Shown here piece by piece: positions 1 to 10,108 of a stretch of DNA of 64,000 bases (the first letter of the stretch is position 1; every line of letters starts with the position of its first letter). Both the position numbers and the translations under genes were made by a program. Below the pieces are notes generated by a model. That model was not told the DNA's origin, searched no databases, and saw nothing but the letters and a program-made list of their open reading frames with translations. The stretch is from Sodaliphilus sp. (lineage in GTDB: Bacteria; Bacteroidota; Bacteroidia; Bacteroidales; Muribaculaceae), in NCBI GenBank assembly GCA_041815985.1, contig JBGYAB010000022.1:4796-68795 (forward strand), given 5' to 3'.

Positions 1-297
1 GGAGAAAATGATGCTGAGTGCACCTTTGAACAATTCCGGCCTTAGAGTGAGAACGATGCCAAAGCACAAGCCGCCAATGGCAGGAATGATGCCCATGAAT
101 TCGATTATTTTGCGTTCTGCCCGTTGCAATGACACCATTCCGGCAAACAGCAATGAGGGAATGATGAATACAATGCCCAGAATTTGAGCTACAATTTTCA
201 TGAGTTCATTTCCATTGTCTTTGGAGAAAAACAAGAATAAAACGCCTGCTGCCAGTAATATCAAGTTAATGAGCAAGGCCGGGAATGCTTTTTTCAT
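1..297 (-). CDS. hypothetical small membrane protein, truncated by the window edge
   Basis: Not in the ORF track. My own reverse-strand translation from the ATG at 295-297 gives MKKAFPALLINLILLAAGVLFLFFSKDNGNELMKIVAQILGIVFIIPSLLFAGMV... It stays open to position 1 and consists of hydrophobic helices. Confidence 0.5.
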   Translation of the reverse strand, partial: MKKAFPALLINLILLAAGVLFLFFSKDNGNELMKIVAQILGIVFIIPSLLFAGMVSLQRAERKIIEFMGIIPAIGGLCFGIVLTLRPELFKGALSIIFS

Positions 298-449
298 TTG
301 AGTTGTCATTTTTTAGCTTTTGTTGGTTTCTACATGCGCTCGAGTGTTGAAAGAAGGGCTGTCGGCTTTTGCATGTCGTTGCCACCTGTAAAGTTTTTCA
401 AAGTTACACATTTCTCAAAGAAAAGGGCATGAATTTGCTCGGAATTTTG

Positions 450-457
450 TAAGTTTG
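450..457 (+). promoter_or_regulatory. candidate Bacteroides-type -7 promoter box (TAAGTTTG)
   Basis: Exact match to TAnnTTTG 20 nt upstream of the ATG at 477. Confidence 0.4.
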
Positions 458-476
458 CCAAAATTTTCTCAACAAC

Positions 477-1400
477 ATGTTAAAGCTATTAGCAATCATC
501 AACCCAAAATCCGGAACAGGAAAGAAGACCAATGTGGCAACTTTAATAGAAAAGGTCATTGACAAGGACGTTTTTTTTGTTGATTTTCGCACGGTTTCGG
601 CCGAAGGCGATGCTTTTAAGTTTGCCACCGAGGCAGTCGAAAATGCCTATTATGGTGTGATTGCCGTGGGAGGCGATGGCACCATCAATGGCGTAGCCTC
701 GGCACTCATTGGCACCGATGTGGCTCTTGCCATTGTGCCGGTTGGCTCGGGCAACGGACTTGCACGGCACCTGAAAATTCCCATGAAGATTGAAGACGCT
801 TTGATGGTTGTAAACAAAAACTTAATCGAGAAATTTGACTATTGCACAGTAAATGATCGCCCCTTCATGTGCACTTGCGGAGTGGGCTTCGATGCGCAGG
901 TCGCCTATGATTTTGCCGAAGACGGGAAACGCGGGCTTACGACCTACCTTAAAAAAACGATTGGAGACTATCTGCACTACGAGCCACAAAAGTATGTCAT
1001 TGAGCTCAATGGGCAGCAAGTAGAGGAAAAGGCTTTTGTGATCACCTGCTGCAATGCCGCTCAATATGGCAACAACTCCTTCATTGCTCCGCATGCCAGT
1101 GTTCAAGATGGTTTGCTCGATGTAACAATGATAACCCCATTTCCATTCTTTATCGCCCCATTTGTGGGCTTGAGTCTCTTTTTGAAAAACATTGATAAAA
1201 ACCATTATGTGCAAATTTTCAGAGCAAGCGAAATTAAAATTCACCGCAAAGAAACCGGCCCGATGCACATTGATGGAGATCCGGTCGAAATGCCTGCCGA
1301 TTTGCACGTTAAGTGTCACCCCGGTGGCTTGAAGATGTTTAGCCCCGGCTTGGGCGAAAACAATGTGCCACACAAATGCGCTGTCGCATCAAAGAAATAG
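477..1400 (+). CDS. diacylglycerol kinase family lipid kinase (YegS/BmrU-like)
   Basis: 307 aa. LAIINPKSGTGK and GGDGTINGV motifs of the DAGK catalytic domain. Confidence 0.85.
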   Translation: MLKLLAIINPKSGTGKKTNVATLIEKVIDKDVFFVDFRTVSAEGDAFKFATEAVENAYYGVIAVGGDGTINGVASALIGTDVALAIVPVGSGNGLARHLKIPMKIEDALMVVNKNLIEKFDYCTVNDRPFMCTCGVGFDAQVAYDFAEDGKRGLTTYLKKTIGDYLHYEPQKYVIELNGQQVEEKAFVITCCNAAQYGNNSFIAPHASVQDGLLDVTMITPFPFFIAPFVGLSLFLKNIDKNHYVQIFRASEIKIHRKETGPMHIDGDPVEMPADLHVKCHPGGLKMFSPGLGENNVPHKCAVASKK

Positions 1401-1427
1401 TTTTTTCTTGAATTGCTCGTGCTGTTA

Positions 1428-1466
1428 TACCGATAAAGTTTTTCCTTAATTTATCGGTACTTTTTC
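1428..1466 (+). terminator. rho-independent terminator after the lipid kinase gene
   Basis: 10-bp stem taccgataaa/tttatcggta (1428-1437 and 1450-1459) followed by cttttt. Confidence 0.6.
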
Positions 1467-1554
1467 CTACATTTTGTTTTGCAAAACTCATAATTAATGT
1501 GTAAATTCGTGTCGAAACCAAAAGATAACCATACTAATATAACACAAACTCACA

Positions 1555-3501
1555 ATGAGCTATTTAAAATTTGACAAGAACCTGATGATTAATCTTGAGC
1601 AATCTCTTCCCAAAGAGATGTTGCGCACCAATCATTTGGGGGCTTATCATTGTACAACAATCGTGGGAAGCAACAGCCGCAAGCAGCATGGTTTGCTGGT
1701 AATACCCATTCCTGAACTTGACGACAATCATCACATTTTGCTGTCGTCACTCGACGAAACGGTTATTCAGCATGGTGCACCGTTTAATTTGGGATTGCAC
1801 CGATATGCAGGCAATGTGTTTAGTCCCAACGGACACAAATATATTCGCGAGTATGATTGCGAACGGGTGCCCACTCACACCTATCGCGTGGGAGGAGTGA
1901 TATTGAAGCGCGAAAAATTGTTCATCACCGATGAAAACCGCATTCTCATTCGCTACACGCTTGTAGAGGCACACTCTAAAACCACACTTCGTTTCAAGCC
2001 GTTTCTTGCTTTTCGCAATGTTAATGAGCTTTGTGTTGAGAATAATGTCGCAAGCACCGGTTACGAAATGGTTGCAAACGGCATTTCCACTTGCATGTAC
2101 GATGGTTACCCTTCGTTATACATGCAATTGAGCCGTAAACCCAAGTTTGTTTTTGAACCACATTGGAACAAAGGCATTGAGTATTTTAAAGACGAGGAAA
2201 GAGGTATTCCATATAAAGAAGATTTGTATGTGCCGGGATATTTTGACATTGACATTAATAAAGGGGAGAGCTTGATTTTTTCGGCAGGAACCAGCGAGGT
2301 AAAGCCGAGAAACCTCGGAAAGATGTATGAGTATGAACTGAGTATCCGCACTCCACGCACAAGTTTTTACAATTGCCTGAAAAACAGTGCAAAGCAGTTT
2401 TGTATTAGAAATGGCGAAGATAGCTATGTACTGGCAGGTTATCCGTGGTTCACGACAAGAGCTCGCGATCAGTTCATTGCACTCCCCGGTTGCACGCTTT
2501 CTACTCATTGCCAAGAAAAGTTTGAAGCAACAATGGAGACCGCTTCTCGGGCATTCGACAACTGGATTAACCATGGTGTAATCGATATCCGACTGCAAGG
2601 CCTTGATTTGCCCGATGTGCCATTGTGGGCAATTTGGGCAGTCCAGTGCTATGCCCATTACAATGGTATGACCAAAACGCGCAATCGCTATGGTGCATTG
2701 TTGTATGGTTTAATTAAGTTTGTGATTAATGGTAAACACCCTAATTTGTCGTTGAACGCCAACGGACTTGTGTGGACCGATGGAACAGATAAACCCATGT
2801 CGTGGATAGATGCTTCGAGATCCGACGGAAAGCCCTTGATAGCGCGCACAGGCTTTTTGGTTGAATTCAATGCTCTATGGTACAATGCACTGATGTTTTT
2901 GCAGGAACTGTTTGCCGATGACGAAAGTTATGAGCATGAAATTGCTTGTTGGCACAAGTTGAGCGTAAAGTGCAGAGAGGCGTTTGTTGAAATGTTCTTG
3001 AATGAACATGGCTACCTCTATGACTATGTGAACGGAACTTATGCCGATTTGAGCGTTCGTCCCAACATGGTCATAGCCATAGGACTTGACCATTCGCCAC
3101 TCAACCGCAGTCAGTGCAAGCGTGTACTCGATATTGTCACACGAGAATTGCTCACTCCCAAAGGATTGCGCACACTAAGCCCCAAGAGTTATGGCTATAA
3201 CCCTTGGTACGTAGGCAACCCCGAACAGCGTGAGCAGGCCTACTATTCCGGCTCTGCACGACCGTGGCTCATGGATTTTTATTGTCACGCCTACATTAAG
3301 GTGTTTGGCATGAGTGGTGTTTCTTTTGTTGAGCGCATGATGATTGGGTTTGAAGACGAGATGTCGCAAGGAGGCATTGGTACGCTCTCGGAACTTTACG
3401 ACGGAAATCCTCCCTTTACAGGACGAGGAGCCGTTAGTTTTGCCGCCAATGTCGGAGGCATTTTGCGTGTGCTTCGAATGCTCAAGAATTTAGATGTGTA
3501 A
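1555..3501 (+). CDS. glycogen debranching enzyme-like protein (amylo-alpha-1,6-glucosidase family)
   Basis: 648 aa. The AGYPWFTTRARDQFIALPG segment resembles the GDE C-terminal catalytic core. Syntenic with GT4 and GH57 genes. Confidence 0.75.
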   Translation: MSYLKFDKNLMINLEQSLPKEMLRTNHLGAYHCTTIVGSNSRKQHGLLVIPIPELDDNHHILLSSLDETVIQHGAPFNLGLHRYAGNVFSPNGHKYIREYDCERVPTHTYRVGGVILKREKLFITDENRILIRYTLVEAHSKTTLRFKPFLAFRNVNELCVENNVASTGYEMVANGISTCMYDGYPSLYMQLSRKPKFVFEPHWNKGIEYFKDEERGIPYKEDLYVPGYFDIDINKGESLIFSAGTSEVKPRNLGKMYEYELSIRTPRTSFYNCLKNSAKQFCIRNGEDSYVLAGYPWFTTRARDQFIALPGCTLSTHCQEKFEATMETASRAFDNWINHGVIDIRLQGLDLPDVPLWAIWAVQCYAHYNGMTKTRNRYGALLYGLIKFVINGKHPNLSLNANGLVWTDGTDKPMSWIDASRSDGKPLIARTGFLVEFNALWYNALMFLQELFADDESYEHEIACWHKLSVKCREAFVEMFLNEHGYLYDYVNGTYADLSVRPNMVIAIGLDHSPLNRSQCKRVLDIVTRELLTPKGLRTLSPKSYGYNPWYVGNPEQREQAYYSGSARPWLMDFYCHAYIKVFGMSGVSFVERMMIGFEDEMSQGGIGTLSELYDGNPPFTGRGAVSFAANVGGILRVLRMLKNLDV

Positions 3502-3539
3502 AGTGAGATTGTATCATGAATTACTTATAAAATATAGTT

Positions 3540-4802
3540 ATGAAAGCATTAATGTTTGGCTGGGAGTTTCCTCCTCACATTTCGGGCGGTCTTGGTACGG
3601 CAAGCTATGGGCTTACCAAGGGTATTACCGAGAATGGCAACATGGAGATAACTTTTGTGATGCCCAAGCAATGGGGCGATGAGCCAAAAGAATATACTCG
3701 CATTATTGGTGCGAACACAACGCCTGTTGCATGGCGCGATGTGAATTGGCAATATGTGCACGGTCGCTTGGGCGATGTTGTTGACCCGCAATTGTATTTC
3801 GACTTGCGCGACCACATTTACAGTGATTTCAACTACATGAACACCAACGATTTGGGGTGTATCGAATTTTCGGGACATTATCCCGACAATCTGTTGGAAG
3901 AAATCAACAACTATTCCATTGTGGCCGGGGTTATTGCTCGCACAGTGCCTTGCGATGTCATTCACTCGCACGATTGGCTCACCTATCCGGCCGGCATTCA
4001 TGCCAAGCAAGTGACAGGAAAACCGCTTGTCATTCATGTGCATGCAACCGATTTTGACCGTAGTCGTGGCAATGTAAATCCCACGGTATTCAACATTGAG
4101 CGCGATGGCATGACGCACGCCGACCACATTATTACCGTGAGTAATCTCACTCGGCGCACCGTGATTGAAAAATATGGAATTCCTGCCGAAAAGGTGACAA
4201 CTGTGCACAATGCCGTGGAGCCGTTAAGCAAAGATTTACTCAATATTCAAGTACCTCCCAAACGTGGCAAGATTGTGACTTTCTTGGGACGCATCACCAT
4301 GCAGAAGGGACCGGAATATTTTGTAGAAGCCGCAGCACAGGTGCTCCACAAAGTTGGTGACGTGCAGTTTGTGATGGCCGGTAGTGGCGATATGATGAAC
4401 AAGATGATAAATTTGGCCGCAAAACGCAACATCAGCGACAGATTTCATTTCACCGGTTTTTTGAAGGGCAGGCAGGTGTATGAAATGTTGAAGGCAAGCG
4501 ATGTCTACATCATGCCCTCGGTGAGTGAACCGTTTGGCATATCGCCTCTTGAAGCCATGCAGATGGGAGTGCCTTCCATCATTTCAAAGCAGAGTGGTTG
4601 CGCCGAGATTTTAAATAATGTGATCAAGGTCGATTATTGGGACATTGATGCGATTGCCGATGCTGTCTATTCTATTCTTAGCTATCCTGCAATGTACACC
4701 CAATTGCGCGAAGAGGGACTTGCCGAAGTCAACCAAATTGTGTGGAAAAAAGCAGGAGCCAAGTGCATTAAAATATATAAAGATTTGATTAACAAGTATT
4801 GA
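3540..4802 (+). CDS. glycosyltransferase family 4 (glycogen-synthase-like GT-B enzyme)
   Basis: 420 aa. N-terminal FPPHISGGLGTA and C-terminal EPFGISPLEAMQMGVP (E-x7-E) motifs. Confidence 0.8.
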   Translation: MKALMFGWEFPPHISGGLGTASYGLTKGITENGNMEITFVMPKQWGDEPKEYTRIIGANTTPVAWRDVNWQYVHGRLGDVVDPQLYFDLRDHIYSDFNYMNTNDLGCIEFSGHYPDNLLEEINNYSIVAGVIARTVPCDVIHSHDWLTYPAGIHAKQVTGKPLVIHVHATDFDRSRGNVNPTVFNIERDGMTHADHIITVSNLTRRTVIEKYGIPAEKVTTVHNAVEPLSKDLLNIQVPPKRGKIVTFLGRITMQKGPEYFVEAAAQVLHKVGDVQFVMAGSGDMMNKMINLAAKRNISDRFHFTGFLKGRQVYEMLKASDVYIMPSVSEPFGISPLEAMQMGVPSIISKQSGCAEILNNVIKVDYWDIDAIADAVYSILSYPAMYTQLREEGLAEVNQIVWKKAGAKCIKIYKDLINKY

Positions 4803-4818
4803 TAAAAGGAATTAAGCG

Positions 4819-6210
4819 ATGAAAGCAATTTGTTTTTATTTTCAAATACATCAACCATTCAGGCTGAAGAATTATCGATTTTTCGACATAGGCAACGATC
4901 ATTACTACTATGACGACTTTGCCAACGATGAAATCATCACCCGCATGGCACAACGTTCCTATTTGCCTGCCAATCGCATGCTTCTTGACATGATTGAACG
5001 CTATGGCAAGAAGTTTAAAGTAGCTTTTTCTATCAGTGGCACTGCTCTGGAACAGTTGGAGCAATATGTGCCGGAGTTTATCGAGTCGATGAAAACTCTT
5101 GCCAATACCGGCAATGTGGAGTTTTTGAGCGAAACCTATGCCCATTCGTTGAGTTCGCTTGAAGCTCCCGAAGAGTTTTTGGAACAAGTGAAAGAACACG
5201 ACAAAAAGATTTTCTCTCTTTTTGGGCAACACCCCAAGGTGTTTCGCAATACCGAGTTAATCTATGATGACGACATCTCGGCATTGGTTCAATCCATGGG
5301 GTTTAAAGGAATTGTGACCGATGGCGTAAAGCACATTTTGGGTTGGAAGTCTCCTAATTATGTCTACAATTCTGCGGTTGCTCCTCAATTAAAACTTATT
5401 CTGAAAAACTCTAAATTGAGCGACGATATCACTTATCGTTTCAGCAACACCGGTTGGGCGAGTTATCCGTTGACGGCCGATAAATTCATCGACTGGATTG
5501 CAGATTTGCCCGAAGATGAACAAATTGTGAACCTGTTCATGAACTATGAAACCTTTGGAGAGTTGCAACCGCAAGAAAGCGGAATTTTTGAGTTCATGAA
5601 AGCATTACCGCGTTTTGCCACCGAAAAGAAAATTGAGTTTTGGAAACCAAGTGAAGTGATTGCCAAAATGAAATCGGCAGGCAACCTCGAAATCCCTTAT
5701 CCCATTTCATGGGCCGACGAGGCACGCGACACCAGTGCTTGGCTTGGCAATACCTTGCAGCAAGAGGCAGTGAAAAAATTATATTCTGTTGCAGAGCGAG
5801 TGCGATTGTCGCAAGACCGTCGTTTAAAGCAAGATTGGTATTACTTGCAGGCGAGTGACCATTTTTTCTATATGAGTACCAAGCATGCCAATGACGGTTC
5901 GGTTCATTCGCATTATAGCCCTTACGATTCGCCCTATGCGGCTTTTACCAATTATATGAACGTGTTGAGCGATTTCATGATTCGCGTTAATGAACAGTTT
6001 CCGCAATCAATCGACAATGAAGAGTTGAATGCCTTGTTGCTCACTATTCGCAATCAAGAAAAAGAAATCAGCGATCTCAATCGTGAAGTGAAAATGTTGA
6101 GGAATAACATTGTTAAGGGTGCGATTGATGATTTTCCGATCTTGGAAGATCTTGACAAGGGCAAGATAAAACAAAAAACCACTCGAAAAACGACAAGGAC
6201 GAATAAGTAG
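4819..6210 (+). CDS. glycoside hydrolase family 57 protein
   Basis: 463 aa. N-terminal ICFYFQIHQPFRL motif typical of GH57 alpha-glucan-active enzymes. Confidence 0.8.
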   Translation: MKAICFYFQIHQPFRLKNYRFFDIGNDHYYYDDFANDEIITRMAQRSYLPANRMLLDMIERYGKKFKVAFSISGTALEQLEQYVPEFIESMKTLANTGNVEFLSETYAHSLSSLEAPEEFLEQVKEHDKKIFSLFGQHPKVFRNTELIYDDDISALVQSMGFKGIVTDGVKHILGWKSPNYVYNSAVAPQLKLILKNSKLSDDITYRFSNTGWASYPLTADKFIDWIADLPEDEQIVNLFMNYETFGELQPQESGIFEFMKALPRFATEKKIEFWKPSEVIAKMKSAGNLEIPYPISWADEARDTSAWLGNTLQQEAVKKLYSVAERVRLSQDRRLKQDWYYLQASDHFFYMSTKHANDGSVHSHYSPYDSPYAAFTNYMNVLSDFMIRVNEQFPQSIDNEELNALLLTIRNQEKEISDLNREVKMLRNNIVKGAIDDFPILEDLDKGKIKQKTTRKTTRTNK

Positions 6211-6248
6211 TAGGCACACGGTGGCCGCATATTATCGACAATGAAAAT

Positions 6249-6290
6249 AAACTACCCCCAAGAGTTATTTCACTTTCGGAGGTAGTTTCT
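6249..6290. terminator. hairpin between convergent GH57 and PatB genes (possible bidirectional terminator)
   Basis: aaactacc (6249-6256) pairs with ggtagttt (6281-6288). U-rich sequence lies on both flanks. Confidence 0.45.
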
Positions 6291-6312
6291 TGTTGGTCAA
6301 ATTCTTTTTGAG

Positions 6313-7482
6313 TTAACCGAGAGTGTTCACAACTTGAGCAATTCGTTGCAATCCTTCCATCATTCTTGCACGCGGACAAGCCATGTTGATGCGAATATAG
6401 CCTTCTCCGTCTTTTTGCCCGTATATGGTACCGCTGTTGACCCAAACTTTGGCTTTATCGAGCATCTCTTGTGCGAACCGGTCACTTGTTTTGCCCGAAG
6501 AAGAAATATTTATCCATGCAAGATAGGTGCCTTCGAGTTTGGTAACTTTGAATTGAGGCAAATTTTTCTCAAAGAAATTTTTAAGCTCTTGATAATTCCC
6601 CCAAATGTATTCACGCAGTTCATCGAGCCATTCCTCGCCTTGATTATAGGCGGCGATGAGAGCTTCTACCCCAAAGGGGTTTATATCGCACACTTCGTTG
6701 ACATTGATGGCTTTATCAATTTTTTTACGCCACAAAGCATTGTTGGTGACGATGTTTGCCACTTGCAAACCTGCAATGTTAAACGACTTGCTGGGTGAAA
6801 TGCAGGTGATGCAGTTGTTGAGCATCTCTTGCGCCAATGAAGCAAACGGCACGTAGTCATAGCCCGGCATAGTTAATTCATTGTGAATTTCATCACTCAC
6901 CACAACAACGTGATTTCTGTTGCATATTTCTCCCACTTTCAGCAACTCTTCACGAGTCCACACTCGGCAAGCCGGGTTGTGAGGGTTGCAGAGGAGCAAA
7001 ATTTTTACAGCTTCATCTTTTGTTTTTTCCTCTAAATCGGCAAAATCGATCACAAATGTGTCATCTTTTGCAATGAGTGCACTTTCAACAATTTCGCACT
7101 TATTGTTGCGTATAGAAGAGAAAAAACAGTTAAACACCGGTGTTTGCACCAGTACTTTGTCGCCGGGCTTGGTGAGCGCTTTGATGATGGCCGAGATAGC
7201 CGGAACAACACCGCTTGTGTAGATAATCCAGTCGCGCTCAATTGTCCAGTGATGTCGGCGTTCAAACCAGTTGATGGTGGCATTGTAAAAAGCATCAGGA
7301 ACGGCTACATAGCCAAAGATACCGTGTTTCACGCGTTCTTGCAGAGCATGTGTGATGGCCGGTGCAGTCTTGAAATCCATGTCGGCAACCCACATGGGAA
7401 TGATGTCGCTGTCGGTGGCAATGTTCCATTTATGGGAATTTGTGCCTCGACGTTCTGTCAGTTCATCAAAGTTGTGTTTCAT
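6313..7482 (-). CDS. MalY/PatB family PLP-dependent C-S lyase (class I/II aminotransferase fold)
   Basis: 389 aa. ERRGTNSHKW N-terminus and SPSKSFNIAGL PLP-lysine motif. Confidence 0.85.
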   Translation of the reverse strand: MKHNFDELTERRGTNSHKWNIATDSDIIPMWVADMDFKTAPAITHALQERVKHGIFGYVAVPDAFYNATINWFERRHHWTIERDWIIYTSGVVPAISAIIKALTKPGDKVLVQTPVFNCFFSSIRNNKCEIVESALIAKDDTFVIDFADLEEKTKDEAVKILLLCNPHNPACRVWTREELLKVGEICNRNHVVVVSDEIHNELTMPGYDYVPFASLAQEMLNNCITCISPSKSFNIAGLQVANIVTNNALWRKKIDKAINVNEVCDINPFGVEALIAAYNQGEEWLDELREYIWGNYQELKNFFEKNLPQFKVTKLEGTYLAWINISSSGKTSDRFAQEMLDKAKVWVNSGTIYGQKDGEGYIRINMACPRARMMEGLQRIAQVVNTLG

Positions 7483-8324
7483 TTTCTTGTTTCAATCACG
7501 CAGTTGGCAGGTTGCTTAATGTTTTCATCGATAGTGATGCTTCCTATCTCATCGGCAACGATATGGCCGCTTGCAGGGTTTTTGATGTTGGTTACAGCTC
7601 CCTTGATGTTGGCTTCAAGTGTTGAATATTCAAATGCACGGTCGCAGTCGGGACCAAATGTGCAATCTTCAATCACGAGATCATGTGCGTAGCACAGAGG
7701 TTGTTCGCCGGTAATGTGGCAACGCACCAGCTTCAAGTTCTTGGAATGCCAGCCCAAATATTCACCGTTTAATTCAGAGTCGTAGATTGTTACATTCTCA
7801 ACCTCCCAAAAAGCGTCTTTTGTCGAGATTTTGGCATTGTGTATCTCTACGTTTTTCACATATTGGAAAACATATTTGCTGTCGCTCTTTAACCCGTCGA
7901 TTTTAATGTTTTGGCTACCCATGAATGGATAAGTGCCGTTGTGCAAGGTCACGTTGTTGATGGTCAATCCGTCGATATTCCAAAATGTTTCATCGGCATC
8001 GTTGATGACCACATTGTTCAGTTCAAGATTTTTCATCTCACGAAACAGCTTGGGAGCATCAATCACGGTGTCGCTCATCACCATGTCGTTGGAGTACCAT
8101 ATTGCCGAACGTGAACCGGGAGCAAAATAACAATTAGTGATCTTGGAGCCATATACATGCCAAAACGGATATTTGCCTTCGAAACGGCAATGGTCGGCTT
8201 CGATGTTGCTACACTCCTTTATACCCGATTCGCCTTGCCCGATGGTTACGTTTTCCAGTCTCACGTTGTGTGCTTCAAATAGTGGGCGTTCGCCCTCAAA
8301 AGTTTTGTCTTTGATAATTTCCAT
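7479..8324 (-). CDS. DUF3737-like beta-helix repeat protein
   Basis: 281 aa. Repetitive N-x-V-I/L turns (NVRLENVTI, NNVVINDAD, INNVTLHNG, VENVTIYDS) typical of a right-handed beta-helix. Its stop overlaps the PatB start (ATGA). Confidence 0.6.
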   Translation of the reverse strand: MEIIKDKTFEGERPLFEAHNVRLENVTIGQGESGIKECSNIEADHCRFEGKYPFWHVYGSKITNCYFAPGSRSAIWYSNDMVMSDTVIDAPKLFREMKNLELNNVVINDADETFWNIDGLTINNVTLHNGTYPFMGSQNIKIDGLKSDSKYVFQYVKNVEIHNAKISTKDAFWEVENVTIYDSELNGEYLGWHSKNLKLVRCHITGEQPLCYAHDLVIEDCTFGPDCDRAFEYSTLEANIKGAVTNIKNPASGHIVADEIGSITIDENIKQPANCVIETRK

Positions 8325-8369
8325 AACTGTATGTTGTTAAAAGTGTTTTTTCTATATGTTGTGAAGTTG

Positions 8370-8377
8370 CAAATATA
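8370..8377 (-). promoter_or_regulatory. candidate -7 promoter box (TATATTTG) for the DUF3737-patB operon
   Basis: The reverse complement of caaatata is TATATTTG. It lies about 45 nt upstream of the ATG at 8324. Confidence 0.4.
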
Positions 8378-8521
8378 ATCATGTTTTTGTTCTGTTGCAT
8401 GACTCATATTACATTTATATTTGTCCGTTTCACGGTTTTTAAGAATAAAAGTCATAAAACCATTGTTGCAACGAAAATGAAAAGCTTGCAAGTGTGTTGC
8501 CAAGATTGAGCTACAACGGGG

Positions 8522-9952
8522 TTATGTATCTTCTTTAATCTTAATCCATTTTCCCGAATGCAACCGATATAAATAAATGCTGCCTCTGAACATGAGTTCG
8601 ATACACATGGCTGTCCATGCTCCGGCGAGTCCCATGTCTGAGTAAAGTACAAAAAAGGCAGTGAGCGTGAGTCGCACTCCCCACATGCTCACGATGTTCA
8701 TGCCACATGGAGTCAGCGTGTCGCCCGCTCCCACAAAAATGCCATAGCACACAATTGCAGCGGCAAACATGGGTTCGGCCCATGCCTCGATGCGCAATGC
8801 TGTCACGCCTTGCTCAACAATGCCTTGCACCGGCGACATGATGCTCATCATCACCGGTGCCCCTATCCACATGAGCACTCCCATGAGGGTCATGACCATC
8901 ATGCCCAGTGCAACGGTAATATAGGCAAACTGTTTGGTGAGTTTTTTGCGTTTTGCACCAATGCTTTGCCCAATCAAGGTTGTAGCCGCATCCGAAATGC
9001 CATGTCCCGGCATGTAGCACAAACTCTCGGCCGTGATGGCAAAGGAGTTGGCGGCAAGGGCAATGCTGCCGAGAGGTGCCACAATTGCTGTGATGGCAAT
9101 TTGTGCACTGCACATGACCACTTGTTGCAACCCCATTGGAGCACCAATCTTCACCGCTTTGTTCAAGCATTGCTTGGTGGGCTTGAAACTGCCCTTGTCT
9201 TGTGTGAGCTTTAATTCCTTTGACTTGAAGCACAAGTAGGATAGCATGCCAATGCAAGTGACAGTCTCGGCAAGCAAAGTGCCAATCGCAGCTCCCTCTA
9301 CACGCAGTCCGGCACCGGGCAGCGTGATTGTTGTGCCAAAAACATTAAAGTGATGATCGGGAAAAATGAGGAAGTAGTTAAACACGACATCAAGCACCGC
9401 CATCATGATGTTGAGAATACTCGGCACCTTTATATTGCCACTGCATCGCAACATGCCACTGCACAAGAAGTCTAATGCAAGAACCGGAATGGCAAGCGAA
9501 AAGATGAAAAAATAGGTTGAAGCATTGCCGGCGATAGCGTCATGCCCGCCTAACCAAAAAGGCAAGAACGGACTAATGATGCACCCTGCCAATCCCAAGG
9601 CCAAACCAAAAATGAGTACCATGACCAGCGATTGGCGCAACACCGAGCGACTCTCGGCTTGCTTGTTCGCTCCAATCAAGTGTGCGACTTGAACCGAAAA
9701 GCCCGTTGCGACAGCGGCGCAAACGCCACCAAACAACCATGTGGTTGTCGACACTAAGCCAATTGATGCAGAGTCGTCGGCTCCAAGCTGTCCAACCATC
9801 GAGGCATCGATATATTGCATCAAGATTGATGTTAATTGTGCTAATATGGCCGGGACGCTCAACAAGGCAGTAAGACGCAGTTGCTGTTTTACCGTCATTG
9901 GCTTGCCTTCCCTAATCATAGCAAGCAATTCATCTTTTTTTAATTTTGGCAT
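8522..9952 (-). CDS. MATE family efflux transporter
   Basis: 476 aa polytopic membrane protein. N-terminal QLRLTALLSVPAILAQLTSILMQYIDASMVGQLG is typical of MatE. Confidence 0.85.
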   Translation of the reverse strand: MPKLKKDELLAMIREGKPMTVKQQLRLTALLSVPAILAQLTSILMQYIDASMVGQLGADDSASIGLVSTTTWLFGGVCAAVATGFSVQVAHLIGANKQAESRSVLRQSLVMVLIFGLALGLAGCIISPFLPFWLGGHDAIAGNASTYFFIFSLAIPVLALDFLCSGMLRCSGNIKVPSILNIMMAVLDVVFNYFLIFPDHHFNVFGTTITLPGAGLRVEGAAIGTLLAETVTCIGMLSYLCFKSKELKLTQDKGSFKPTKQCLNKAVKIGAPMGLQQVVMCSAQIAITAIVAPLGSIALAANSFAITAESLCYMPGHGISDAATTLIGQSIGAKRKKLTKQFAYITVALGMMVMTLMGVLMWIGAPVMMSIMSPVQGIVEQGVTALRIEAWAEPMFAAAIVCYGIFVGAGDTLTPCGMNIVSMWGVRLTLTAFFVLYSDMGLAGAWTAMCIELMFRGSIYLYRLHSGKWIKIKEDT

Positions 9953-10086
9953 TGTGAACGAAGTGTGTTACTCTCTCTGAAAACAGAGTGCAAAATTCGA
10001 TATTTCTTGCGACAAATACAAATGATTGCTTCAAATGCTTGTATTAAATTTTGTTGAAAAAGTAAATTTTATTTTTAATCTCAATA

Positions 10087-10108
10087 GTTATTAGAAACCA
10101 ATTTGGGT
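10087..10108 (+). repeat. solo terminal repeat of the MITE-like family, abutting copy A
   Basis: gttattagaaaccaatttgggtt matches the right-end terminus (gttctaataaccaatttgggtt). It sits directly before the TA and the left end of copy A, forming a palindrome. Confidence 0.6.
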
